Origin: a virus | Taxonomy: Duplodnaviria > Heunggongvirae > Uroviricota > Caudoviricetes | Length of the DNA stretch: 64,000 nucleotides | Direction: 5' to 3' (one strand) | IMG/VR virus record: IMGVR_UViG_2875697941_000001 | Part shown: piece after piece, positions 40,825 to 51,156 of the stretch | Numbering within the stretch: position 1 is the first letter of the stretch | Layout of the letters: every line of letters begins with the position of its first letter | The notes under the pieces: generated by a model | What the model saw: the letters and a program-made list of their open reading frames with translations, nothing else | What the model was told of the DNA's origin: nothing | Databases searched by the model: none | Program-made: the position numbers and the translations under genes

Positions 40825-40907
40825 AATATGCTCAAAATTTCGCTATATTGACATGATTTAAGCACAAAAAAGCTCCCGAAGGAGCTTTAAAATACAAGGG
40901 ATGACTC

Positions 40908-41417
40908 TTAATCCCACTCAATCCAGTTGTAGACGATACGAAGTGACGGGCGCACAGCGGCAGTCACATCTTCGGTACTAAAGTCGATTGCATCACTGTA
41001 GATTTTGCAGTCCAACATTTCAATTGTTGTAGCAGCTTTTGTCACAGCGTTAACCCCGGAAGATTTGGATTCAGGGGTCGCAGCCATCGTGATATCAACA
41101 TAGTCCTTCGCCGCAATGCGATCTTTAATGAACTGAAGAATATCGCCTTCGATAGTCTCCACGCACTGGACCTGGATTTCCCCAGAGTTTCGAATTGGAC
41201 CGTGCTGGTTGAACTTCACACCATTCGGACCATAGTCCTCCACATCCTCGCGGGTCATTTCAGGAATTTGCGACGTGCGAACCAGTACGCTGATATCTTC
41301 ATGGCCTGCAAAAGTGAGCTGGAATTCAGAAGATACCAGTCGTTCGCCTTTGGCCGCGTTGGCAGTATAGCGGCCCTTAATAAATTTACGGTTTCCCTTA
41401 GTGTTATTGTGCCCCAT
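40908..41417 (-). CDS. Late structural protein, 169 aa
   Basis: ORF track; co-oriented late cluster. Confidence 0.4.
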   Translation of the reverse strand: MGHNNTKGNRKFIKGRYTANAAKGERLVSSEFQLTFAGHEDISVLVRTSQIPEMTREDVEDYGPNGVKFNQHGPIRNSGEIQVQCVETIEGDILQFIKDRIAAKDYVDITMAATPESKSSGVNAVTKAATTIEMLDCKIYSDAIDFSTEDVTAAVRPSLRIVYNWIEWD

Positions 41418-41428
41418 ATAAAATCCTT

Positions 41429-42010
41429 TTACTGGAACGCCCGAACAATATCGGAGCTGTTATATATCGAAGAACCGGTCAACTGGAGGTTGACGGTGTT
41501 TTTCAGGAAATGCCCATTGCTGTCCCTGGGCGCATCGAGATCGAAACTTATGTCCTGGATAGCGACATCAATGATGTTGATCCGGCGACCAATGTTTAGC
41601 GTCACACGCTCCGGGATTCGACCACCAATGCTGGCATCTTTAAGTTCCGGGCTAATCATCGCTGACAATGCGGCGATAGCTCCTGAAACCTCAGTGAATG
41701 GGTCAAACAAAGCGATGAAAGTTACTGGCAGCGTGAAAGTCGGCGGTGTTCCCCCCTCCCAAACCATTAAGCTGTTCCAACGGGCCACCGACGTTGTTTC
41801 AGTACCAACCTGCGCAAAACCACTGAAAGCACCAGCAACAGACCCCATGGACATACCGGTAAACGGCGCTTCCCAATTCTGGGCCATGTTCATTGCTGCC
41901 CCCTGGCTGATATATCCGGTAACCTGGTACTGAGAGTTCGTTAAAGTAACTTTCAGAAATGGCGATACACCGTCAGCCTGGCTGTAAACCCCATAAGGTA
42001 TAGGTGCCAT
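41429..42010 (-). CDS. Late structural protein, 193 aa
   Basis: ORF track; co-oriented late cluster. Confidence 0.4.
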   Translation of the reverse strand: MAPIPYGVYSQADGVSPFLKVTLTNSQYQVTGYISQGAAMNMAQNWEAPFTGMSMGSVAGAFSGFAQVGTETTSVARWNSLMVWEGGTPPTFTLPVTFIALFDPFTEVSGAIAALSAMISPELKDASIGGRIPERVTLNIGRRINIIDVAIQDISFDLDAPRDSNGHFLKNTVNLQLTGSSIYNSSDIVRAFQ

Positions 42011-42045
42011 TCAAGTTAAAGGCCGGAGTTCTCCGGCCTCCTCCT

Positions 42046-42861
42046 TTAGCCAAGGCGCTTACGGCGCAGTTTCATTGACTTTTTGCGGGCAAGTTTTGCC
42101 GCGCCGGTCTGGGCTTTTCGACGCGCTTTTTTCAGCGCCGATTTTTGAGCCGCAGTCAGACGTTTTTTACGCAGGCGTTTACGGATGAGTTTGATCTCAC
42201 CGTTACGAACAACCTTCTTAAATGCTTCAGTCAGCATTTCATCAGAAGTGCCAGCAACAACAAACGCCGCTTCCAGTTCGTCGCGGTCGTCGCTATCTAA
42301 ACCAGCGATAGAGGCACCAACATCAGCAGCTGCGTCGTCGTCTTCATCGTCAGCCAGTGCTTCGATCAGGTCATCATCTACACCGCATGCTGCGAGGAAG
42401 TCAGCAACATTTGCCCATGCTTCGTTATAGGCATCGTCCTGTTCTTCTGTAACTTCGGAGTCGTCGTCATCAGAGATACCAGCGATAGCCTGAACGAAAC
42501 CATCAAGGGAGTCGAAAGTCAGATCACCGCTATCAGCCCAGGAGAAAACGGCGTCGGCCGCATCACTCAACGCATTCTGCATAGCACTTCGATTTGCAGC
42601 TTCCAGAATCATCTGGTGCGCCTGTTCGACGGTCCATTCTTTACCGTCTTTCCCTTCCAGGATTTGCTCTGGAGCCGGGGCAGATGGAACGTTATCGTTA
42701 GTCTGTGCCGCCGGTTCCGGATTATTATTAATAACCGGATCTGTTGGCGGTTCGGCGCTTGCTCGGGCAGACTCCATCAGCTGCACAGGATCAGAGTTCA
42801 AAGCGAAACGGGACAGTCCATTCCCCAAAAATGCCCCGGATTGAAAAAAGTTTTTGCTCAT
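42046..42861 (-). CDS. Late protein with acidic core and basic C-terminal tail, 271 aa
   Basis: DDDxE-rich middle, KRLRKKRLTAAQKSALKKARRK tail; position of P1 gene 21. Confidence 0.4.
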   Translation of the reverse strand: MSKNFFQSGAFLGNGLSRFALNSDPVQLMESARASAEPPTDPVINNNPEPAAQTNDNVPSAPAPEQILEGKDGKEWTVEQAHQMILEAANRSAMQNALSDAADAVFSWADSGDLTFDSLDGFVQAIAGISDDDDSEVTEEQDDAYNEAWANVADFLAACGVDDDLIEALADDEDDDAAADVGASIAGLDSDDRDELEAAFVVAGTSDEMLTEAFKKVVRNGEIKLIRKRLRKKRLTAAQKSALKKARRKAQTGAAKLARKKSMKLRRKRLG

Positions 42862-42870
42862 TGTATTCCC

Positions 42871-44460
42871 TTACTTAATAAGCAGCGGTACGCCCTGGAT
42901 ACGACGGGCTACGCCAGTCGGGCAGCAGGCCCAGACTACTTCCCATTTATCGAATTCCGCCTGCGTAACTTTCAGCACATACGGTTCTGTACCGTCAGCA
43001 TCGGGATCACGAGGAGCCACCAGAGCGCCGGAGGCGACAAAGCGATCTAAAAGTTTGGTCATCCCTTTAGTCAGGCCAGCCGCAGTAATACCGTCCGGGC
43101 TATGCTTCATCTGTCGGGCTAACTGGACAAAGAAACGGCTGATTGCATTCATCAGGGATGGGACGTGCTGGAAGTGCAGATAGTTATCCTGCGTGCAGCA
43201 AGTTAAAGCATCGTCGATGATCATCTGGCCAGAGGTGCCAACAGATACTTTATTGAGACGGCCCTTGACCATTGCTTCTTCGTCCGGGGTATCTTCCGGA
43301 TACAGCGGTTGAATTGACGCACGAGCAATGACGGCACGTTCTTCACCAGCCGGTGAGTAATGCCAACCGCCGACATCAGAGTTTTTCTTGACGCCACGAG
43401 CTTTCGCCGCATACGCCGCGCCAGACAGACCGAAGACCACACGGGATTGGGTCCATTTGTCTTTGCAGGAGAACGGGTAGTGATAGACAGAACAGCTTAC
43501 ATAATCGGTACCAAGTAAACCGGTACCCTCAACAGCTGTTAGTGCTTCTGCGTACCTTAATGTCGGTTTGACATCAAAGAAGCCATCAATCAGGCGATCT
43601 GCACAGATTTTACCTAATGCGGTGATAGCCGCATTGTCATAGCAGCCCAGGCCAAGAACAGCGGTGTACATGTACGGCGCATTGTTCAGCACTTTCACCG
43701 CACGCAGGTACGCAGCGGTTGAGATTTTCGACTGATCACCGTTGGTACCACCAGTGAACGCCAACGATTTTTTGTTTGTTACTTTCGCTGTAGAAATCAG
43801 ATCTTCATTAACAACCGCGCGCAGATATTTAGAACGAGCTTCCAGAGCCGTAGGCAGATAACACAAGCGGCCCATGTCATCTTTCGCTTCTTCCGCCAAA
43901 GACACAGTGTGTGTCTCCAGGGTCGTTACCACACCAAGCGAAGTCGTCTGGGTCAGTTTTAAGATGAAGCGTTCATTACTTGCGCTGTCCGCTGTTGCCG
44001 TTTCGATGGTTAACTCACGGGTAGGTGAAATACACGGATCACCATCATCAACGTAGATAGCAAAGGCTTCGCCACTATCAAGTTCAATTTCAGAACCGTA
44101 TGGCAACGCACTGTAAGCCGGTTCGCCTGATTCATCGAACATAATAATCGGGAACTTCGCATCATCCGGAACAGCGCGAACAACGTAACCAGACGTTTGC
44201 TGAATAGCTTCGTATACATGGCGAATTGGTTCGAACTGTGAGCCGGAAGACGGCTTCAGCGGTTCGCCGAGAACATCTTCGTAATTGGACTCAGTAACCG
44301 CAAGAACAGTAAACGGCTTGCCACGCGCAAATACGCCAATACCAGCCCACAAGCTGCTATTTAATGCAACACCGGTAGATAACGTCGCATCGGCATTGAT
44401 CGGGCTAACCGCGACGCCGGATGCATTACCTAATGACTGTTGAATTGAATATTGAGACAT
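42871..44460 (-). CDS. Putative tail sheath protein (P1 gp22-like)
   Basis: 529 aa; position between head gene and tail genes; synteny and size only. Confidence 0.5.
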   Translation of the reverse strand: MSQYSIQQSLGNASGVAVSPINADATLSTGVALNSSLWAGIGVFARGKPFTVLAVTESNYEDVLGEPLKPSSGSQFEPIRHVYEAIQQTSGYVVRAVPDDAKFPIIMFDESGEPAYSALPYGSEIELDSGEAFAIYVDDGDPCISPTRELTIETATADSASNERFILKLTQTTSLGVVTTLETHTVSLAEEAKDDMGRLCYLPTALEARSKYLRAVVNEDLISTAKVTNKKSLAFTGGTNGDQSKISTAAYLRAVKVLNNAPYMYTAVLGLGCYDNAAITALGKICADRLIDGFFDVKPTLRYAEALTAVEGTGLLGTDYVSCSVYHYPFSCKDKWTQSRVVFGLSGAAYAAKARGVKKNSDVGGWHYSPAGEERAVIARASIQPLYPEDTPDEEAMVKGRLNKVSVGTSGQMIIDDALTCCTQDNYLHFQHVPSLMNAISRFFVQLARQMKHSPDGITAAGLTKGMTKLLDRFVASGALVAPRDPDADGTEPYVLKVTQAEFDKWEVVWACCPTGVARRIQGVPLLIK

Positions 44461-44520
44461 AACTTTCCCTGTTATGCGCCCCGCACGGGGGCGCTATGTT
44501 AAACGGAGAACTTCCCCTGA

Positions 44521-46248
44521 TTACTCAGAGTCACCGGCATCAATCGTGTCGCCGCTAATGAAGTTAAGCCCGCCTTTTTTGGCCATTGTCAGCGTTACAC
44601 GAGTGAAGTAATCAGCGCCGTTGCGTGGGTGCATATCGTTGATAGCCGAACCCCACAGCGTGGTACGGTTGACCAGCGCCGGAGTGGTCGGATGCTGGAA
44701 CGGGATGGCCGGGACAGCATCACCAGTCACGAAGCCTGCTTTACCCGGATTTTCATCACGGACGTAGCACAGCACATCCATCGAGCTGAACTGAATGTTC
44801 TCTGTCGTTAAGTTCTTACAAATACCAGCAGGTACTTCGTACACTTTCACGTTACCGAACAGGGTACCGATGTAGTGAACATACGGAGTCTGGATATAGT
44901 CTTCGGCTGGCTGGAAGAAATCCTTCGGCAACTGTTTGAAGAAAGATGCTGCATCAGCACCAGCAAACATCCCCATCGCACCAGAAGATTTAACGCGCTC
45001 AATAATGTCGCGATATACAGTCTGGAATTTGCCACGAATGATGGTTGCCCATACATCAAAGGACTGGTTAACCGGCAGAGCGATGTCAAAGGTGTCGGTC
45101 GCAAGAGTGCGCCAGATCATGATGCGAAGACGCAGCATATCCTGTTCATGAGACAGGTATTCCTTCAGGGTGCGGAACTGTAGGGAACCCAGGTCCAGAC
45201 CAAATTCACGCTGTGCTTCATACGCCGCCTGTACCGTGTGCTCAGCCGCGATAACGAACTGACTTGGGAACAGGGTGTATTTCTTCATTTCGTGGTTGAT
45301 CAGCGGGATCAGCTCAGGAGCGGCTTCAATATTGATTTCCGTCTCAATTGCGATCTCAGTGCCTTTATCCGGCGCTTTGGAGAACGACAGGGCAATCTGA
45401 CCAATGTTGTAGTTCAGAGAGCAGGTAACAGTGATTTGCTCACCAGCAGCATTAGTAAACGAGTGAAGTAGGCTGCCGGAACCGTTATCAACAACAGACT
45501 TAATACGGTTAACGTAGATGTTAGTGCGACCTTTTCGGATTGGTACATTCTGGCCTTCGAAGTCTTCCATCTTGAAGGTTGCGGTTTTGCTGGTGCCATC
45601 GGAGCTTGCCACCAGCACATAGCGGCGACGTAACTGGCTGTACACACCGACGGATTGCATGTCCAGAACATCACCAGCAGCATAAGAACCAAAAGATGAA
45701 CCTGCCACGTTAAAGACTTCATAGATGTCGGACTGGTCACGCGTAACCGGAATGAAGGTACACGCATCAGCGGTAGCTGCCCCCAACTGAACAGGCAGGA
45801 TCATCGCGAGGAATAAAGGCAGACGCATAACACCGTCAGAAACGCTCATCATCTCTGCTGCGACAGATTCCAGCATCGCTTTATTAGTGGCATCCATGCT
45901 ATTGCGGGTGGACTCAATCAGGCAGTTTTCCAGCGTCTGGTGGCAGGAGGCCAGAATTTCCGGACGCGGCATAGATTTATGTGCTGCGGCGTAGTCAGCC
46001 AGTGCACTTGCCCACGCTGTAGCGATTTGAGCGGTGGCATTATCAGAGATACCCACAAAAACCGGGTCTTTACGTGCAGCTTCAAGGATAGATGCGGCAC
46101 GCGCGGCATCATCTTTAATGAATTGGTTATCAGTACCGAACTGCGCAGTGCTTGCCCAGCCAAGCACAGCTTTAGAGCGTTTTGCGATATCTGCAATACG
46201 ATTCTGGTATTCGCGTAAGTTACTCAATTTACTCTTCCTTAAACACAA
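44521..46248 (-). CDS. Putative major head protein (P1 gp23-like)
   Basis: 575 aa, adjacent to parS as in P1; followed by hairpin GCGCCCC-loop-GGGGCGC at 44476-44494. Confidence 0.5.
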   Translation of the reverse strand: MCLRKSKLSNLREYQNRIADIAKRSKAVLGWASTAQFGTDNQFIKDDAARAASILEAARKDPVFVGISDNATAQIATAWASALADYAAAHKSMPRPEILASCHQTLENCLIESTRNSMDATNKAMLESVAAEMMSVSDGVMRLPLFLAMILPVQLGAATADACTFIPVTRDQSDIYEVFNVAGSSFGSYAAGDVLDMQSVGVYSQLRRRYVLVASSDGTSKTATFKMEDFEGQNVPIRKGRTNIYVNRIKSVVDNGSGSLLHSFTNAAGEQITVTCSLNYNIGQIALSFSKAPDKGTEIAIETEINIEAAPELIPLINHEMKKYTLFPSQFVIAAEHTVQAAYEAQREFGLDLGSLQFRTLKEYLSHEQDMLRLRIMIWRTLATDTFDIALPVNQSFDVWATIIRGKFQTVYRDIIERVKSSGAMGMFAGADAASFFKQLPKDFFQPAEDYIQTPYVHYIGTLFGNVKVYEVPAGICKNLTTENIQFSSMDVLCYVRDENPGKAGFVTGDAVPAIPFQHPTTPALVNRTTLWGSAINDMHPRNGADYFTRVTLTMAKKGGLNFISGDTIDAGDSE

Positions 46249-46339
46249 GGCACTTGTGTGAATCCCTTTTCGGAAGAGATTTTATTGAAAGTCACTTGTT
46301 GACTTTCTCGTGACAAGCAATTTTTTTATTTTTTTCGGG

Positions 46340-46442
46340 AGTAGGGGAGGAAGGTAAAATCCAAGGTGAAATCGTGGCGATTTCACCTTGAAATTTTAGA
46401 TAGATTTACTTTAAAAACAGTAGGTTAATAGTGAAATTTGAA
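46340..46442. other. parS: parS partition site (centromere)
   Basis: Palindrome GTGAAATCGTGGCGATTTCAC (box A ATTTCAC heptamers, box B TCGCCA hexamers) plus further box A/box B copies; just downstream of parB. Confidence 0.8.
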
Positions 46443-46452
46443 TGGCGAAAGT

Positions 46453-47454
46453 TTAAGGCTTCGGCTTTTTATCGAGGCTCTTTCTAAGGATATGCCCAAT
46501 CATCCTGTCGAGTTCTTCCTGTAACTCTTTTGAGAGTCGATTAAACTCATAAGAAAATGCACGGCCTTTCACGCGCTTCCTTGCAAAGCGATCCTTGTCC
46601 TCAAATTTCCATAATTCAGTAACTACGGACTTATCTTTAGAACCTTTATCCGTGAGTAGTGAGGCTTCCTTTGTTATCAAGCGCAGGATTTTATTTTTAA
46701 CTTCATCTTCGGCCATTTCTTCAATGGATAAGATGTCGTTTATTTCCGGGGATATGTTTTGAATAAGCTGATCAAACTCTAAATTCTTGTTCCCCATTTC
46801 GTCGCCAACAGCACAAAGCGTTTTGTAGTCCGAAAAGGTTAATTCCGACTGCACAGGGAAAAGGGCGACTAATTCTTCCGGAGCACTCGCTGCCTGGAGA
46901 GCACGCGTGACCTTCGCCTGAGACAGCCCTTCTTTGGCTGCAATATCCTTCTGACTCATCCCATCATTTTTCATTCGCATCAAACGCAGACCTATTTCTC
47001 GAATGCTGTGCTGCAATGCTGTCTGAACGTCTTTCGCTAAATTTTGCGCTTCCTGAACGCTGATCTCCTGGTCCGTGACTAAAACCCGCAACCCTACGTT
47101 CTCTAAGATGGCAGAAGCTCGACGCCGGGAACCATCCAAAATTTCAATTTTCCCTGTAGCCCGTCTAACACCTATTGCAGGGTAAAATTGCTGATGCTTA
47201 ATAGTGCTTCGGATACTTTTTAATGATTTTGGCGTAAGAGATGCCTGGTCACGCCCGTTGTTATGCTGATCAACAAAGGTATCGCTTTCTACCTGGTTCG
47301 GAGGTATTACCTCTTCAATAAATGTGGCCTGGCGACCAGTTGATAACTTGAATACCTGCTCGACTCGATCGCCAGAGGCTGAAGAACTATCAAATCCGCT
47401 TAATATTGAAGGATTAAGGGTTCGCCCAATTGTTGGTCTGTTTTTCTTTGACAT
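46453..47454 (-). CDS. parB: Partition protein ParB, 333 aa
   Basis: Size, position between parA and parS. Confidence 0.85.
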   Translation of the reverse strand: MSKKNRPTIGRTLNPSILSGFDSSSASGDRVEQVFKLSTGRQATFIEEVIPPNQVESDTFVDQHNNGRDQASLTPKSLKSIRSTIKHQQFYPAIGVRRATGKIEILDGSRRRASAILENVGLRVLVTDQEISVQEAQNLAKDVQTALQHSIREIGLRLMRMKNDGMSQKDIAAKEGLSQAKVTRALQAASAPEELVALFPVQSELTFSDYKTLCAVGDEMGNKNLEFDQLIQNISPEINDILSIEEMAEDEVKNKILRLITKEASLLTDKGSKDKSVVTELWKFEDKDRFARKRVKGRAFSYEFNRLSKELQEELDRMIGHILRKSLDKKPKP

Positions 47455-47470
47455 GGGGGTTTCTTACTCC

Positions 47471-48667
47471 TCAGTTAGATCTGATAAATTCAATACGGTC
47501 AAAAACTGCTTTAGCAAAATCTTCCGCGGCAATTCGCGCGTTCTTCAATGCATCAGCACTACCAACATACGTTGCCGGGTTAGCTGAAATAACAGTGTCA
47601 AAAGACTCGCCACAGCGTTCAAAACCGTCAAGGCGAGGGAGGACGACATCGAGCATATCCCCACCGAACACTTCTTTAGCCAGGCTATGGCAATACTTAT
47701 GGTCTGCCTTGTTACTCAATTTGGACATAAAACCAATGTTAGTCGCAAGCTGGCACTCGCAGCCTTCATCCGAAATGAGTTTCACCAACTCAGGAAGGCG
47801 GGCAACGTATTTAAGCGATGAGTGGAAATCAACCGTTGCAGGCGGCAGAGGTGTAAACAGTATATTGGCCGAGGCCAAAGCATTTTTCAGGAAGGCGTCA
47901 AGGTGAGGACCACTATCAACGAGGATAAAGTCATAATCGCTCTTCAGCTTATCAATCACATTTTCTTTCAGGACAGCATGGATGTTCTGACCCGGTAGAT
48001 GCTCATTGCACAGCTCTCTCCAATCGGATGCAATAAAGGCATCGTCAATCGACGCAGGCATAACGTCAACCCCAGGTACAACAGAAGGAACAATAAACTC
48101 CTCTAACAGCTCTTCACGGCTTACATTCTGCAACATAGCCTGTGCAGATGTTGCGTTTACGATACCAATAGAGTGTTTATGGCTTAAAAACATCGTTGCT
48201 GAAGATTGCGGATCAAGGTCAATAACCAGAATCCTTAAATCCTCCATAAGAAGATGAGGGTGAGCACGCATTGCATGCGCCAGAGAAACCGTCGATACAG
48301 TTTTTGACACACCGCCTTTAAGATTGGAGATGAAAATCACATACGCTTCGCTGTAGCGATCCCGGTATTTTGGCACTCCGCGATGTTCATATATGTCAAT
48401 GATGTTCTGAATTGACATCGCATATTTCATTGAAGAGCCAGCAGGGCGTTTATCGAAAACATAACCCTTTTCTTCCATTTCACTTACGGCATAGTCAACG
48501 TTCGCTCGAGTCAGTAGAGGCAATTTTGCCAGTGCCGCTTTCGCATAGACCTGGTAAAACTCGTTCGCGTGTAGCTCATCCTTTTGCAACTGTACTTGTT
48601 CAGTCAGAACATTGAGCATTCTGTTTGCTCTTTGAGCAACCTTGTGAAGCTGGCTGGAATCACTCAT
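47471..48667 (-). CDS. parA: Partition ATPase ParA, 398 aa
   Basis: Deviant Walker A KGGVSKT; N-terminal extension typical of type Ia ParA; upstream palindromic operator-like sequence at ~48700-48770. Confidence 0.85.
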   Translation of the reverse strand: MSDSSQLHKVAQRANRMLNVLTEQVQLQKDELHANEFYQVYAKAALAKLPLLTRANVDYAVSEMEEKGYVFDKRPAGSSMKYAMSIQNIIDIYEHRGVPKYRDRYSEAYVIFISNLKGGVSKTVSTVSLAHAMRAHPHLLMEDLRILVIDLDPQSSATMFLSHKHSIGIVNATSAQAMLQNVSREELLEEFIVPSVVPGVDVMPASIDDAFIASDWRELCNEHLPGQNIHAVLKENVIDKLKSDYDFILVDSGPHLDAFLKNALASANILFTPLPPATVDFHSSLKYVARLPELVKLISDEGCECQLATNIGFMSKLSNKADHKYCHSLAKEVFGGDMLDVVLPRLDGFERCGESFDTVISANPATYVGSADALKNARIAAEDFAKAVFDRIEFIRSN

Positions 48668-48805
48668 CGAAAGTCATCCTTTATGCTGTATTTTTGAATT
48701 TACTTAAAAATGCTGCATAAAATAATAATGTATGCACAGATGCTTGTACATAGCATTCTCTGCATGTTTGGTTCATTTTGCACGATTGAGAGTTACAAGG
48801 AGGAC

Positions 48806-48830
48806 ACAAAAAAGCCCCGTTCAGGGGCAT
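48806..48830. terminator. Rho-independent terminator after the T5orf172-like gene
   Basis: Hairpin GCCCC-GTTCA-GGGGC followed by TTTTTTG on the minus strand. Confidence 0.55.
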
Positions 48831-48835
48831 CAGTG

Positions 48836-49645
48836 TTATTTGCTAAGAGCAGCGAATAATCGTTCGAAATCGATAGTATCTATAGCACGCGTAAGCGCCG
48901 GAAGTTCAGCCTCAAAGTACCCGTGTCGATCGTAAAAGAAGGGACCGAAGAGCGAGGCATGTTGGATTCTACTTCGCCCCAGCCCGGACACACAGTTAAG
49001 CCCATTACCGGCTAAAAGGCTAAAAAACTTCTCTGGATTATCGTGGTAAAGCTGGGAATCAATGGTGGCGGTTAACTCTTCCATAGGGAAGCACACCCGC
49101 CTTGTCTCCCAGGGATATTTAGTCCGAAGCATAAACATTGCTTTCAGCAATTCACATTGAGCGCGGATCGCGTCCGGTTCATAGCCAGATATGGAGACAT
49201 AAGCCATGTCCCTCATTCCTGCGTCATCTTTGAAAGTCACGATAGAAGTAACATCCAGCTCTTTTTCGAAAGAGCGAGCAGCATCTACTGGACGCTGAAG
49301 TAAATCATTCGACTTAATGCGCTCGAGAATCCCTCCCCACATATCATTTAGATATTCGATATGAGCCAAAACCTTATCAAGACACTCTCGTGTAAACCAT
49401 TCAGTATGCCCGCCACCGGCGCTTTTCTCCCACGGCGCATTCCAGGGGAAAAAGGTTGCGTGTAAAGCCCGCTCAAGATTAACTATTGCCAATCGCGTAC
49501 CACGATAGACCCGTGAAAGCGCAAAATCGGGACTCACTTGTAGCCCTTTAAACCGTGCCAATGGACCACATGAAATGCCGATTTTAAAAGTATCTCCATT
49601 CTCCGGCACCAGAACGTAGAGGTAGTGTTGTTTCTCTTCTTGCAT
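48836..49645 (-). CDS. T5orf172/GIY-YIG-like domain protein, 269 aa
   Basis: N-terminal pattern HYLYVLVPENGDTFKIGIS...R...HTEWF fits the T5orf172 motif layout; own terminator; lies between incA-like iterons and the parA promoter. Confidence 0.5.
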   Translation of the reverse strand: MQEEKQHYLYVLVPENGDTFKIGISCGPLARFKGLQVSPDFALSRVYRGTRLAIVNLERALHATFFPWNAPWEKSAGGGHTEWFTRECLDKVLAHIEYLNDMWGGILERIKSNDLLQRPVDAARSFEKELDVTSIVTFKDDAGMRDMAYVSISGYEPDAIRAQCELLKAMFMLRTKYPWETRRVCFPMEELTATIDSQLYHDNPEKFFSLLAGNGLNCVSGLGRSRIQHASLFGPFFYDRHGYFEAELPALTRAIDTIDFERLFAALSK

Positions 49646-49678
49646 ATCAATACCACTGCTTGATGAGAACCGCGCAAA

Positions 49679-49935
49679 TGTTGACTATGCGCGAAAGTTA
49701 ATGTGAATAGTTGACTATGCGCGATGTGACTACAGTCAAAAGTTGACTGTAGTCGATTTAACTCCACCAAAGATCGACTATGTAAGATATTGTCGGGAGA
49801 AACGTTGACTATACGCGATGAAATGACCCTAAAAGCCATCTCAATAGCGACTTGCAGAATATTGACGCCAGCAAAAATCCACCAGCGTCAACGAATGTCG
49901 CCTATAGTCAACTTCTCGCTATCGCATATAGTCAA
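49679..49935. repeat. incA-like iteron cluster downstream of repA
   Basis: At least 7 copies of TTGACTAT/ATAGTCAA-containing ~19-bp repeats in both orientations. Confidence 0.6.
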
Positions 49936-49937
49936 TA

Positions 49938-50822
49938 TTATGGATTGCGCTTATGGATCTGGAAGCCGATTTTCCTGCCGTTTTTTATCTCTGAAAATTT
50001 AAGATATTCAATAGCTTCCAAATCTTTCATGGCTTTTCTGATAACGCTATTTTGCACGCTAACGGATGATTTGAGATTAAGCCTTGCTCTAAGGCGCTCA
50101 ATGCTGACAGGTGCCGGGTTGGCGGGTAGAGCCTCAAAGAATGTATACAGTACCTTGGCCGTCTCTTTGCGCCCGAGCTTATCCAGCATCTTCAGCTTCA
50201 GGATTCGCTTATAGTCAACATAGTAAAGTTCAGATAGCTGTTTCTGCGGCTGGATCTCGATAACATCAAGCTCGGTATTCAGGCTGCTATATGCCAACAA
50301 GTTGACGTTAATGTTATTGAGATGACCTTTTGCTGCCGGGAAGCGGAATTTGACAACTGTCTGCTGAATGCGTGTCAGAGAGTCATCAATACTTTTACGG
50401 AACGCCTTTGAAAGGCGCTTACGTGGATAGCCGCATCGATCGGCAAACTCGGAGAATGGCAGGGTGATTATGCCGTCATCATCAGGTGCGTAGTCAAACA
50501 ACGCGGAGGTTATGCCCACCCACACCTTAAAATCAGTATCCATATCCAGGCGTGGACCATGAATTTCAATTCCCTCATAGCCTTCCTGCTCAACAATTTT
50601 GAGGCTTGATAGTTCTTCGGTTGCGTTCGTTGTGTTTGTAGTAACTGACGATCCGCGACGTAGTGCCACATTGGTAGATTTTAAGGTTGGCACAAACACA
50701 CCTAAGCGCAACAAAGCGATGGGTTGTATAGTGCTATTGTTATTGGGTTTCAGGCTGTGGATTTCTCCTGTATTTCCTGCAACTTCTTCAACGCTAAGGA
50801 AGCCTTTATTTTCTTCCGGCAT
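49938..50822 (-). CDS. repA: Plasmid replication initiator RepA (P1 RepA family, divergent)
   Basis: ATG 50822 with GGAG RBS (track TTG 50879); segments TIQPIALLRLGVFVP and GPRLDMDTDFKVW resemble recalled P1 RepA; iterons on both sides. Confidence 0.7.
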   Translation of the reverse strand: MPEENKGFLSVEEVAGNTGEIHSLKPNNNSTIQPIALLRLGVFVPTLKSTNVALRRGSSVTTNTTNATEELSSLKIVEQEGYEGIEIHGPRLDMDTDFKVWVGITSALFDYAPDDDGIITLPFSEFADRCGYPRKRLSKAFRKSIDDSLTRIQQTVVKFRFPAAKGHLNNINVNLLAYSSLNTELDVIEIQPQKQLSELYYVDYKRILKLKMLDKLGRKETAKVLYTFFEALPANPAPVSIERLRARLNLKSSVSVQNSVIRKAMKDLEAIEYLKFSEIKNGRKIGFQIHKRNP

Positions 50823-50900
50823 CGTGGTTTCTCCATATGTGGCGCGGCCTGGCGTCATCTGGATTGCAGTTATCAACAACTGTGAATAGTCAGGCTCTAA

Positions 50901-51005
50901 AATCGCGTACAGTCAATGTTTCTGTCGCGTATAGTCAACAATAAATCGCGTGCAGTCAACAATAAATCGTGCACAGTCAACATAAAATCGCGTATAGTCA
51001 ATGTT
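50901..51005. repeat. incC-like origin iterons
   Basis: Five direct 19-bp repeats AAATCGCGTRYAGTCAAYR spaced 22 bp. Confidence 0.7.
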
Positions 51006-51126
51006 GATCCCATTTCAGGCCAGAAATGGCGCGGCTTACAGCGATCCGGGATCTTCTTTGGATCTTCCTAGGTTCTCTTTGGGATCTGTTTATTGGATCT
51101 ATGCTGTGGATAAGTTGAATAAACCG
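51006..51126. other. Plasmid origin core: GATC cluster plus DnaA box
   Basis: Six GATC sites within 51006-51099 and DnaA box TTATCCACA (minus strand) at 51106-51114, next to the iterons. Confidence 0.65.
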
Positions 51127-51156
51127 GCCAACAAAGCCGGTTGGAAGGAAGCCATA

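Noticed and set aside
49679-51005. Direct repeat arrays flanking repA as a possible CRISPR array
   Set aside because: Repeats are 19-bp iterons with 22-bp spacing in both orientations, with no unique spacers of regular length and no cas genes; the context (RepA, DnaA box, GATC cluster) fits plasmid origin and incompatibility iterons.
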